A stretch of DNA of 44,836 bases, the filler included, from Clostridia bacterium (GTDB taxonomy: Bacteria; CBDUZB01; JAGLHV01): assembly GCA_030637025.1 (NCBI GenBank). It is 3 parts of 3 records of this genome, joined end to end, with 100 filler letters (N's around TTAATTAATTAA, not from the genome) between each part and the next. Parts side by side here need not be neighbours in the genome. Positions count along the whole stretch, not along the records: positions 1 to 12,797 come from DAOVVV010000052.1; positions 12,898 to 33,920 come from DAOVVV010000039.1; 1 more part is not named here. One strand, given 5' to 3'. A program made the position numbers and the translations under genes. Of this stretch, positions 9,855-18,163 are shown in pieces (position 1 is the first letter of the stretch; every line of letters starts with the position of its first letter). The notes under the pieces were generated by a model. The model did no database searches. It worked only from the letters and a program-made list of their open reading frames with translations, and was not told where the DNA came from.

Positions 9855-10026
9855 GTCACTCCTGCGAACAGATTGTGTCACAACTCCATTTTTTGAGGCA
9901 ATTGTAGGGGCGACATTCATGGCGCCCGTCGAAAAAGGTATTCATTAGCCCAATCCTCCAAACTAACGGCGGACAAGTAAATTGGGCAACTACATCAATT
10001 ATGACACAGTCTGGAAAGTGGGAATC
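9855..10026. mobile_element. Nested non-autonomous elements: MITE-like ends enclosing a GTAG-REP doublet that carries a mini-insert
   Basis: Inverted ends AGATTGTGTCACAA (9870-9883) and TTATGACACAGTCT (9999-10012); REPs at 9904-9927 (+) and 9948-9993 (-); 23-bp insert at 9955-9977; outer gtcactcctgcg...gtgggaatc halves. Confidence 0.6.
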
Positions 10027-10234
10027 ATTCCCCAATAAAAAAAGCGGAAGAGCTATTTCTAACCCTCCCACCCCTCATTAATTTTTTGTCTTTGACTTTA
10101 TTTTTGTCTTTGTTTTTGTTTTTTGTTTTTGTTTTTTATTTCTTTAATTCATAACTTATAACTATTAACTCATAACTGTAGTTTCTGTCTATGGACTATC
10201 GACTGTGGACTATGGACTTTTGTTAGTCTGTTAT

Positions 10235-11932
10235 CTATTTCAAAATTGCCGCCTTCCTTACATTTTTTATCCCCGGACCATCAATATAAAGAACATAAAC
10301 ACCCGAAGCAACTACAGTTCCTTCTGTATTCTTACAATCCCAGATAATAAAATCTTCTTCCCCATCAGTTTCTTTATTTTTTTCCCAAACCAGCTGTCCC
10401 CGTAAAGTATATATTTTTACTTTAACCGTTCCGGCATGGGCAGCATCAAAATGTATAGTCAGTCCTTCTCCTTTGTTGGGATTTACATATCCTTCTTCTC
10501 CGCCCTGAATCCTTATCCATCCAGCTGTTTTAATTTCAAATCCACCAACTATCGTTCCACTTAATCCATCAACATTAGTCACAGTTATATCCCTTTTTCC
10601 TATAACAGCTTTTTTTGCCAGGGTAATATTTATCTTAAGTTCAGTTGCATTAATAAATTCTGCTGAATTAACCGTCCCCCCGGTACCACTAAAAACTACC
10701 TCTGCTCCGGAAAAAAAGTTTGACCCGAATATAGAAACATCCAGTGTCTCTCCCTGATTGGCAAATGACGGAGAAACCGAAAAAATCTCCGGGGAAAGAC
10801 CATTATATTTTATAGTAAAATAATCATTATTAGTCATTGCGTTATAACTATACCCTGTAACAATAATATTTCCTTGTCCGTCTATTGCAACTCCATAAGA
10901 ACCATCTCTATTAGTCCCGCCATAGGCAGCTGAGGAAACAACAACAAGATTTTGATCATATTTTATGGTAAAATAATCAGTATCATTCAATTCTTTACGA
11001 CTCGCCCCGCTAACAATAATATTCCCTTGTTCATCAACATCTACTCCATAAGCATAATCATAGTTATTACTACTCCCGTTATAGCTTGTTGAGCAAAGTT
11101 GACCGAGATTTTGGTCATATTTTATGGTGCAGTAATCAAAACCTGTTGTTCCATTATAACTAAATCCGGTAACAATAATATTGTTATTACTATCTACTGC
11201 TATACCTTGAGCAAAATCAAAAGTAGACCCGTTATAAACAGTAGAACAAACTTCATTAAGGTCTTGATCATATTTTATGGTAAAGTAATTACTATCACTA
11301 CACCCGGTAACAATAATATTTTCCATGCTGTCTACAGCTACTGCTTGCGCAGAATCATTACCGATTGAAACATAGGCCACCGAGGAAAGAACAACTAAAT
11401 CTTGATTATATTTTATGGTAAAATAATCATCGTCTGTTCCATTATTACTATATCCGGTAACAATAATATTTCCAACCCCATCGACCACTATTCCACTAGC
11501 ATAATCATTACCCCCTCCATCATAGGTTACCGAAGAAAGAACAACTAAATCAGAATCATATTTTATGGTAAAATAATCATTTCCCGAGACAGTACTAGAG
11601 CTGGTTCCGGTAACAAAAATGTTTCCCCCATCATCTACCGCCACCCCATAAGCACAATCACTATTCCCCCTATCATAAGCTGCGGAACAAAGCTGATTAA
11701 AATTCCGGTCATACTTTATGGTAAAATAATCATCATTACTACTACCGGTAACAATAATATTTCCTTCCCCATCAACAGCCACTGCCCAGGCACGATCATT
11801 CCCTGCTCCGGCATAAGCTACCGAAGATAGGGGAATTAAACTCCCTTCTGCCCAGACTTTAATAGCTTTAAAAAGAAAAATAGTTATAACTATCAAGCTT
11901 ACTCTCAAAAACTTTAAATTTCTTTTCCTCAT
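10235..11932 (-). CDS. Secreted SBBP-like seven-bladed beta-propeller protein with IPT/TIG domain and C-terminal FlgD-Ig/T9SS-like sorting domain
   Basis: Seven repeats of D.A.GVAVD..GNIIVTG.S....DYFTIKY; PEIFSVSP...GSNF IPT domain; C-terminal VNP...VKIYTLRGQLV...WD..N..G..VASGVY...KAAILK. Confidence 0.9.
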   Translation of the reverse strand: MRKRNLKFLRVSLIVITIFLFKAIKVWAEGSLIPLSSVAYAGAGNDRAWAVAVDGEGNIIVTGSSNDDYFTIKYDRNFNQLCSAAYDRGNSDCAYGVAVDDGGNIFVTGTSSSTVSGNDYFTIKYDSDLVVLSSVTYDGGGNDYASGIVVDGVGNIIVTGYSNNGTDDDYFTIKYNQDLVVLSSVAYVSIGNDSAQAVAVDSMENIIVTGCSDSNYFTIKYDQDLNEVCSTVYNGSTFDFAQGIAVDSNNNIIVTGFSYNGTTGFDYCTIKYDQNLGQLCSTSYNGSSNNYDYAYGVDVDEQGNIIVSGASRKELNDTDYFTIKYDQNLVVVSSAAYGGTNRDGSYGVAIDGQGNIIVTGYSYNAMTNNDYFTIKYNGLSPEIFSVSPSFANQGETLDVSIFGSNFFSGAEVVFSGTGGTVNSAEFINATELKINITLAKKAVIGKRDITVTNVDGLSGTIVGGFEIKTAGWIRIQGGEEGYVNPNKGEGLTIHFDAAHAGTVKVKIYTLRGQLVWEKNKETDGEEDFIIWDCKNTEGTVVASGVYVLYIDGPGIKNVRKAAILK

Positions 11933-12110
11933 TCCAACTTCCTCTATATATTTATTTACTAAATATTTTTTTTATCCCCTAAAAAATAAAAAAAAGATGA
12001 AGGAATACTCTCCCCCACCTTTAATAATCTATTTTATCGTATCCACTCCAAGCTATAATTCATAATTTATAACTATAGACTGTATAGTATCTCCTTTTTC
12101 TCTGTAATGT

Positions 12111-12785
12111 TTACCTTGCCCCTTTCCCGGTCAACATCCTTCTTGCAGTCCAAAACATTACCCGTGCTTCTCCAAACCATGAGAGATGATCTATATACAA
12201 AAGATCATATTTCACCTTCGTTTTTACATCATCTATTGTCTCATCATATCCATGTCTTACCTGTGCCAATCCGGTAATACCCGGCTTCACCTTCAATCTT
12301 CTTTTATATTTGGGAATAACCCGGTTAAAATTATCCACAAATATAGGCCTTTCCGGTCTTGGACCGATTAAACTCATCTCCCCGATTAAAACATTAAATA
12401 ATTGAGGTAATTCATCCAGATGACTTTTTCTTAAAAAATGTCCTATTTTTGTAACTCGGGTATCATCTTCTTTGGCCCAAACAGGACCGGTTTTTGTTTC
12501 TGCATTTAGTTTCATTGTCCTGAATTTATGCACCATAAATAAACGCCCCGGAGCATTAATTCTTCGCCGTTCTTCCTGTCCTTTTTCTATTTTTTCTCTA
12601 CTCTTTCTCTGATTTTCACCTACCCGTACCTGTTTATAAAAAACAGAACCTTTAGAATCTAATTTTATTAATATCCCAACAAATAAAAACAATGGTGATA
12701 ATAAAACCAATCCTATCCCGGAAAACACCACATCTAAAAATCGTTTCAATTCCTTAAATCTTTTCCGGGCAAAACTACCAATCAT
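12111..12785 (-). CDS. Bacterial sugar transferase (initiating undecaprenyl-phosphate phosphoglycosyltransferase, WcaJ/WbaP C-terminal-like); may be 5'-truncated at the contig edge
   Basis: KRFLDVV, KFRTM, DDTRVT..G.FLRK..LDELPQL.NVL.GEMSLIGPRPERP and VKPGITGLAQV motifs. Confidence 0.93.
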   Translation of the reverse strand: MIGSFARKRFKELKRFLDVVFSGIGLVLLSPLFLFVGILIKLDSKGSVFYKQVRVGENQRKSREKIEKGQEERRRINAPGRLFMVHKFRTMKLNAETKTGPVWAKEDDTRVTKIGHFLRKSHLDELPQLFNVLIGEMSLIGPRPERPIFVDNFNRVIPKYKRRLKVKPGITGLAQVRHGYDETIDDVKTKVKYDLLYIDHLSWFGEARVMFWTARRMLTGKGAR

Positions 12786-12797
12786 ACCTATTATTCC

Positions 12798-12897
12798 NNN
12801 NNNNNNNNNNNNNNNNNNNNNNNNNNNNNNNNNNNNNNNNNTTAATTAATTAANNNNNNNNNNNNNNNNNNNNNNNNNNNNNNNNNNNNNNNNNNNN
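12798..12897. other. Artificial contig linker
   Basis: N44-TTAATTAATTAA-N44, a stop-codon spacer; identical structure at 33921-34020. Confidence 0.97.
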
Positions 12898-13110
12898 ATT
12901 TATTCTTCAAAAAACAATAAGTTAATTAATACCCTGGACTTTATAAGTATTAGCAGGAAAAAGATTACTTTAATTTTTTCCCAGGTAAAAAAGTGAAAAT
13001 GATTTAATTCTTTGTTTTATATGAACAGATTAAATATAAAAATATAAAATTAATTATATTTTATAGAAAAGGAAAGAGGAAAGATAATGAAATCATACGG
13101 GGGGAGTAAG

Positions 13111-13602
13111 ATGTGTTTTCAGGGTAAGGTTCATAAATACGGGGTTAATATTAACACGGATGAAATTATTCCGGCTAGATTCTTAAATACTTCCGACGTA
13201 GTGGAATTAGCCAAGCATTGTTTAGCGGGTTTAGATGAGGATTTTATTCACCGGGTATCAACCGGGGATATTATTGTAGCCGGAAAAAATTTTGGATGCG
13301 GGTCTTCCCGGGAGCATGCTCCTTTAGCCATAAAGGAGTGTGGTATTTCCTGTGTTATTGCAGAAACTTTTGCGCGTATATTTTATAGGAATGCTATAAA
13401 TATTGGTTTGCCTATTGTGGAAAGTAAGCAAGCAGTAAAAGATGCCCAGCCAGGAGATGAGATATTAGTGGATTTAGAAAAAGGAACGATTAAGAATTTG
13501 ACTAAAAAGCGTATTTATAAAATACAACCGTTTCCTTCTTTTATGCAGGAATTAATGAAAGTAGGCGGTTTGATTGAATATGTAAAGAAAAAAACGGAAT
13601 AA
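13111..13602 (+). CDS. leuD: 3-isopropylmalate dehydratase small subunit
   Basis: [22 protein letters not shown] and [15 protein letters not shown] motifs; adjacent to leuB. ATG at 13111 follows GGGGAG; 13087 is an alternative start. Confidence 0.93.
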   Translation: MCFQGKVHKYGVNINTDEIIPARFLNTSDVVELAKHCLAGLDEDFIHRVSTGDIIVAGKNFGCGSSREHAPLAIKECGISCVIAETFARIFYRNAINIGLPIVESKQAVKDAQPGDEILVDLEKGTIKNLTKKRIYKIQPFPSFMQELMKVGGLIEYVKKKTE

Positions 13603-13678
13603 GAAATAGGTGGTTTATTTGTGAAAATCTGTAAATTAAATTCCGGATTTTGAAATTTTAAATTAAAAGGAGTGAAAG

Positions 13679-14731
13679 ATGTATAAAATTGGAGTGTTGC
13701 CCGGAGACGGAGTAGGCCCGGAAATTGTTAAAGAAGGATTGAAGGTTTTAAACGTTGTGTCCAAGAAAGTAAAATTTGATTATGAATTAGTTCATTACGA
13801 TTTTGGGGCGGAAAGATATTTGAAGACAGGAGAAATTTTACCTGATTCTGCGATAGAAGAATTTAAAAAATTAGATGTTATTTATTTGGGTGCAGTAGGG
13901 CATCCCAAGGTGCAAACAGGGGTTTTGGAAAAAGGGCTTTTATTAAAATTAAGATTTGCACTTGACCAATATATAAATTTACGCCCGGTAGTTCTTTATC
14001 CGGGAGTTTGGACTCCTATAAAAGACAAAGAGCCAAAAGATATCAACTTTGTGGTGGTAAGGGAAAACACTGAAGGTGCTTATTGTGGTATGGGAGGAGT
14101 TTTTAAGAAAGGGACAGCTTATGAAGTAGCTATTCAGGAAGATATAAATACCAGACATGGAGTAGAAAGATGTATTCGTTTTGCTTTTAAGTTAGCACAA
14201 AAGAGAAAAAGAAAGAAATTAACTTTAGTAGATAAAGCTAATGTATTAACCTACGGGCATGATTTATGGCAAAGGGCATTTGATGAAGTGGGTGAAGAAT
14301 ATAAAGATGTGCAGAAAGACCATGCTTTTGTGGATGCTTGCTGTATGTGGTTTGTAAAGAATCCTGAATGGTTTGATACTATTGTTACCTGCAATATGTT
14401 TGGGGATATTATTACTGATTTAGGGGCAGTGGTTCAGGGAGGATTGGGAATAGCTGCAGGCGGTAATATAAATCCGGAAGGAGTTTCTATGTTTGAACCC
14501 ATCCATGGTTCGGCTCCTAAATATGAAGGTAAAAATATGATTAATCCTCTGGCCGCTATTGCCGCAGTCGGTATGATGCTGGAGAATATGGGTGAAGAAG
14601 AAGGAGCAAAATTAATAGACGAAGCAATAAAAAAAGCATTAACCTGTGGGAAGATAGAAAATATGGCAGCAGGGAAGATGGGGTTGAGCACTACTCAGGT
14701 AGGTGATCTGGTTGCCGATTTTATTTCTTAG
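13679..14731 (+). CDS. leuB: 3-isopropylmalate dehydrogenase
   Basis: PGDGVGPE, NLRP, VRENTEG.Y, DKANVL, NMFGDIITD and FEPIHGSAP motifs. Confidence 0.92.
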   Translation: MYKIGVLPGDGVGPEIVKEGLKVLNVVSKKVKFDYELVHYDFGAERYLKTGEILPDSAIEEFKKLDVIYLGAVGHPKVQTGVLEKGLLLKLRFALDQYINLRPVVLYPGVWTPIKDKEPKDINFVVVRENTEGAYCGMGGVFKKGTAYEVAIQEDINTRHGVERCIRFAFKLAQKRKRKKLTLVDKANVLTYGHDLWQRAFDEVGEEYKDVQKDHAFVDACCMWFVKNPEWFDTIVTCNMFGDIITDLGAVVQGGLGIAAGGNINPEGVSMFEPIHGSAPKYEGKNMINPLAAIAAVGMMLENMGEEEGAKLIDEAIKKALTCGKIENMAAGKMGLSTTQVGDLVADFIS

Positions 14732-14914
14732 TAGGGACAGGGCTTGTCCCTGTCCCTATAGAATTAACAAAAATTGGTGAAATTATAGATAAACAATGGC
14801 AAAACATAAAAAATCAATATGATAATGTCGAATTAGATGAGTACATAATAATGCCCAATCATATTCACGGCATTTTGATTATTAATAAACGGGATGGGGC
14901 AAGCCCATCCCTAC
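14731..14914 (+). repeat. REP-bounded copy A of the RAYT internal segment
   Basis: GTAGGGACAGGGCTTGTCCCTGTCC...GGGATGGGGCAAGCCCATCCCTAC; differs from 15082-15266 by 3 substitutions and a 1-bp indel. Confidence 0.95.
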
Positions 14915-14949
14915 ATGGGTGTTATAGGGACAAATAGACAAAGATAAGA

Positions 14950-15486
14950 ATGCCAAAATTATTAACCAGAAAACAAAATAGATTACCAAATTATGATTAT
15001 TCTAATGAAGGGTTCTATTTTGTAACGATATGTTCAAAAGACCGTAAAAATATATTTGCAAAAATAAATAATAAGGATATTGTAGGGACAGGGCTTGTCC
15101 CTGTCCGTATAGAATTAACAAAAATTGGTGAAATTATAGATAAACAATGGAAAAACATAAAAAATCAATATGATAATGTCGAATTAGATGAGTACATAAT
15201 AATGCCCAATCATATTCATGGCATTTTGATTATTAATAAACGGGATGGGGCAAGCCCATCCCCTACATTAAATCAAATGGTTGGTTCTTTCAAATCAAAA
15301 TGTGTTGTTGAATATTTAAAAAGCATAAGAGAAAACGATTTCAACATTTCTGGCCAAATATGGCAACGTTCATTTTACGATCATGTGATTAGAAATGAAC
15401 GCTCTTTGCTTGCAATCAGAGATTACATTATTAAGAACCTTGAGAATTGGGAAAAGGATAAGGATAATATAAATAAAACCGTATAA
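14950..15486 (+). CDS. REP-associated tyrosine transposase (RAYT/TnpA-REP, Y1 HUH family)
   Basis: RL.NYDYS..G.YFVTIC, MPNHIHGI (HUH), WQRSFYDHVIR and catalytic Tyr in RDYI. Contains two in-frame REP palindromes (VGTGLVPV, RDGASPSPT). Confidence 0.93.
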   Translation: MPKLLTRKQNRLPNYDYSNEGFYFVTICSKDRKNIFAKINNKDIVGTGLVPVRIELTKIGEIIDKQWKNIKNQYDNVELDEYIIMPNHIHGILIINKRDGASPSPTLNQMVGSFKSKCVVEYLKSIRENDFNISGQIWQRSFYDHVIRNERSLLAIRDYIIKNLENWEKDKDNINKTV

Positions 15487-15505
15487 CAACGGGATGGGGC
15501 AATAT

Positions 15506-15682
15506 GTAGGGACAGGGCTTGTCCCTGTCCGTATAGAATTAACAAAAATTGGTGAAATTATAGATAAACAATGGCAGAACATAAAAAGATAATGTCGAAT
15601 TAGATGAATACATAATAATACCCAATCATATTCACGGCATTTTGATTATTAATGAACGGGATGGGGCAAGCCCATCCCCTAC
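15506..15682 (+). repeat. REP-bounded copy C of the RAYT internal segment
   Basis: Same GTAG...CTAC unit with an 8-bp deletion and several substitutions; preceded by a half REP (acgggatggggcaa, 15489-15502). Confidence 0.95.
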
Positions 15683-15684
15683 AT

Positions 15685-16764
15685 TTATTTCTTAACTTTT
15701 ATTAACAAAAATATTCCCAATGAAATAAAAAAGATATTGGCTATCCAGGCACTGGGTAAAGGATGGAGGATTCTGTTTTGTCCCATAGCCGTACCTAGGG
15801 ATAACAGTCCCCAATAGAGAAAACTGGTGAAGAAACTGATGGAGAAACCCATTATTTTTCCACTCCGGGGGTTGATAATGGCAAAAGGGATTCCTAACAA
15901 AATCATAACCAGATTAGAAAAAGGAAAAGCAATATTTAATTGTAATTGCATTCGTTCCCGATAGGCGGGAATTCCGGTATTTTCAAGCTTGGAAATATAT
16001 TTTTTTAATTCTTTTGAGTTCATTTCTTCTAGTTTTTTTTGTTCATGGGAGAAATCTTTAGGTTTTTCCGGTAAAGAGAAAGCTTTTTTGGAGAAATATT
16101 CTTCCTCTAAAATTTTTTTACCCTGAGAGTCAAATTTTCTTACCACTCCGTTATAGAAAACCCATGAATTTTTCTGGTACCTGCCATGCTGGGCATAAAT
16201 CTGAGTTGCCAGTGTGTAATTTTTGCTAAACTGGTCTATGCTTATGTTACTCATTTTTTCCATTTTACTGTTGTACGTGCCGATACTATATTTTCTTCTT
16301 CTTTGTCCGGCTAAAATAAGATTGTGGGAGAGGTGAAAATCCTTTCTTTTTTTTATTCTTTTTTGATAAATATTATTAGCCCGGAAAAACATTTCAGGAG
16401 CTATTGTTTCGTTAAGGTAGAAAGATACGAAAGTAATTAGCAAAGAGACAAGAATAAAGGGAATTGTTATCCGGTATAAATTTATTCCGGCAGCCCGCAT
16501 AGCGGTAATTTCATTATTGTGAGAAAGATTACCCAGAGAAAACAGGGTTGCTAATAGCGTAGCAATAGGGGTGACTTTGACCAACCAGTAAGGAATTCGA
16601 TACAGAAAATATTTTAAAGCCAGTAAAAGAGGGGCTTTATAACGGATAAAACCATCCATCCTCTCAAATAATTCGGAAACAATTATTATTGCACTAAAAA
16701 CAAGAAGACTGTATAAGAACGGCTTTAAAAATTGGCGAATTAAATAACGTGGCAGAATAAACAA
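15685..16764 (-). CDS. lptG: LPS export ABC transporter permease LptG
   Basis: ILPRYLIRQF, NNEITAMRAAGI, AFPFSNLVMILLGIPF and AWIANI motifs; second gene of an LptF/G pair. Confidence 0.88.
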   Translation of the reverse strand: MFILPRYLIRQFLKPFLYSLLVFSAIIIVSELFERMDGFIRYKAPLLLALKYFLYRIPYWLVKVTPIATLLATLFSLGNLSHNNEITAMRAAGINLYRITIPFILVSLLITFVSFYLNETIAPEMFFRANNIYQKRIKKRKDFHLSHNLILAGQRRRKYSIGTYNSKMEKMSNISIDQFSKNYTLATQIYAQHGRYQKNSWVFYNGVVRKFDSQGKKILEEEYFSKKAFSLPEKPKDFSHEQKKLEEMNSKELKKYISKLENTGIPAYRERMQLQLNIAFPFSNLVMILLGIPFAIINPRSGKIMGFSISFFTSFLYWGLLSLGTAMGQNRILHPLPSAWIANIFFISLGIFLLIKVKK

Positions 16765-16771
16765 TAAAGTT

Positions 16772-17866
16772 TTATCCTTTCTCTGTTTTGTAAAGTAAAA
16801 TAAAACCGGCTGTTCCTGTTATTATATTGGGTATCCAGACATCGAGGCGGGGGTCGATAAAACCTCTTTCTCCCAGGGTTAAAGATATACTGAGTAACAG
16901 ATAATAGATAAAAAACAGGATTAAACTCAGTCCGAAACCAAAAGATTTTTTTCCCCGGTGGGCTTTTATACCTAAAGGAATACCGATAAGAGTAAAGGCA
17001 AAGCTGGTAAAAGCAATTGCCCAACGAATGTAATACCACACTTCTAATGAGGATGTAGGGGCATTGTCTTTTTTTAGTGTTTTGATTTTTTCTTTTAATT
17101 CCCTGCTGTCCATTTCCAGAACAGATTTATTTAAAGAAAAATCCTTTGTTTTAGAGAAATTTAAGGGAATTTCATAATTCTGAAAAAATAATTGTCCGTA
17201 TTTATCAGGATTTTTAGAATCTTTTTTTTGAATACTTCCATCTTTAAGTTTAAGCGTAAATACCTCTTTTTGGGGATTAAGAAGACTGCCGCTTTGTGCA
17301 ATAATGAGAGTAGGTAGATCAGATTTTTTTTCTTTTCTGTAAATAACAATTCCTTTTAATTCATTTTTCTTTTTATTTATTTTTTCTATATAAATCTGGT
17401 AATTTTGGACATTAGTGAAAGTATGTTCATCAAATTTAAGCAAAGGGGCTTTATAAATAATTTCATAGTATAATTTTTTAAAGGAAAATTGTAGGCGAGG
17501 AGCATAATTATTATTATAAAAAACCAATAAGAGACTCACGGTTAAAGAAAGAAGCAGAATAGGAGAAATAATATGATAAAGGCTTAAACCGCTGGATCTC
17601 ATGGCAATAATTTCATTGTCTGCTGAAAGTTTTCCAAAGGTGAGTAAACTGCCCATAAGAAATCCCATAGGGATGGTTAAATATAAAAGAGAGGGGATAA
17701 GATAAAGGAATAAACGTAAAACGAGAAAAATATTTACCCCCTTGCTTAAGATTAAATTAGCCAGGTCAACAAATTTATCCAATAATAATACAAAAGTAGA
17801 AATAGAAAATCCCATTGCTAAAAAGGGGAAAAATTGCCTAAGAATATATCTATTAAGGATGTTCAT
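16772..17866 (-). CDS. lptF: LPS export ABC transporter permease LptF
   Basis: ILNRYILRQF, GKLSADNEIIAMRSSGLS, LIGIPLG and WIPNII motifs. Confidence 0.88.
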   Translation of the reverse strand: MNILNRYILRQFFPFLAMGFSISTFVLLLDKFVDLANLILSKGVNIFLVLRLFLYLIPSLLYLTIPMGFLMGSLLTFGKLSADNEIIAMRSSGLSLYHIISPILLLSLTVSLLLVFYNNNYAPRLQFSFKKLYYEIIYKAPLLKFDEHTFTNVQNYQIYIEKINKKKNELKGIVIYRKEKKSDLPTLIIAQSGSLLNPQKEVFTLKLKDGSIQKKDSKNPDKYGQLFFQNYEIPLNFSKTKDFSLNKSVLEMDSRELKEKIKTLKKDNAPTSSLEVWYYIRWAIAFTSFAFTLIGIPLGIKAHRGKKSFGFGLSLILFFIYYLLLSISLTLGERGFIDPRLDVWIPNIITGTAGFILLYKTEKG

Positions 17867-17914
17867 CTATGTCCTTTCCGTTGCTGGATTATCATTAAAT
17901 AAAATTAGATTTTA

Positions 17915-17943
17915 ATTATACATGATTTTAGTTCGTTTGACAA
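17915..17943 (-). promoter_or_regulatory. Putative sigma70 promoter for lptFG
   Basis: Minus strand reads TTGTCA-17 nt-TATAAT. Confidence 0.5.
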
Positions 17944-18089
17944 TTGAAAAGTTTATGTTACAGTTAAAGAGGGGGAAAGAAAAAACGGGTTAGTCGTATT
18001 GGTTTGATTGGTTGAATTAGGTGAATTGATTTAAATTGAAAAAAATGAAACGCAGAATAAATCTTGACATTACTTTTATAACAAATTGT

Positions 18090-18118
18090 TTGCATTGAAA
18101 AATAAAAAAATATATAAT
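18090..18118 (+). promoter_or_regulatory. Putative sigma70 promoter for the sprA-like operon
   Basis: TTGCAT-17 nt-TATAAT upstream of the GAGGGGAG SD and TTG start. Confidence 0.45.
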
Positions 18119-18163
18119 TAACAAAAAAAAGATATCACGAAAAGAGGGGAGTAATTTAAAAAA

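Noticed and set aside
9856-10071. 71-aa minus-strand ORF
   Set aside because: Made almost entirely of nested repeat elements, with no protein-like features.
10800-11800. Regularly spaced DNA repeats (TATTTTATGGTAAAATAATC)
   Set aside because: Explained by the seven coding beta-propeller blades.
12798-12897. TTAATTAATTAA palindrome within N runs (also 33921-34020)
   Set aside because: Artificial contig linker. It creates false stops for ORFs 29895..33968 and 33973..34377, and synteny across it is meaningless.
15370-15582. 70-aa minus-strand ORF
   Set aside because: Antisense reading of the RAYT 3' end and repeat copy C.
14731-15682. Diversity-generating retroelement template/variable repeat pair
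   Set aside because: No reverse transcriptase is present, the differences are not adenine-specific, and the repeats are bounded by REPs.
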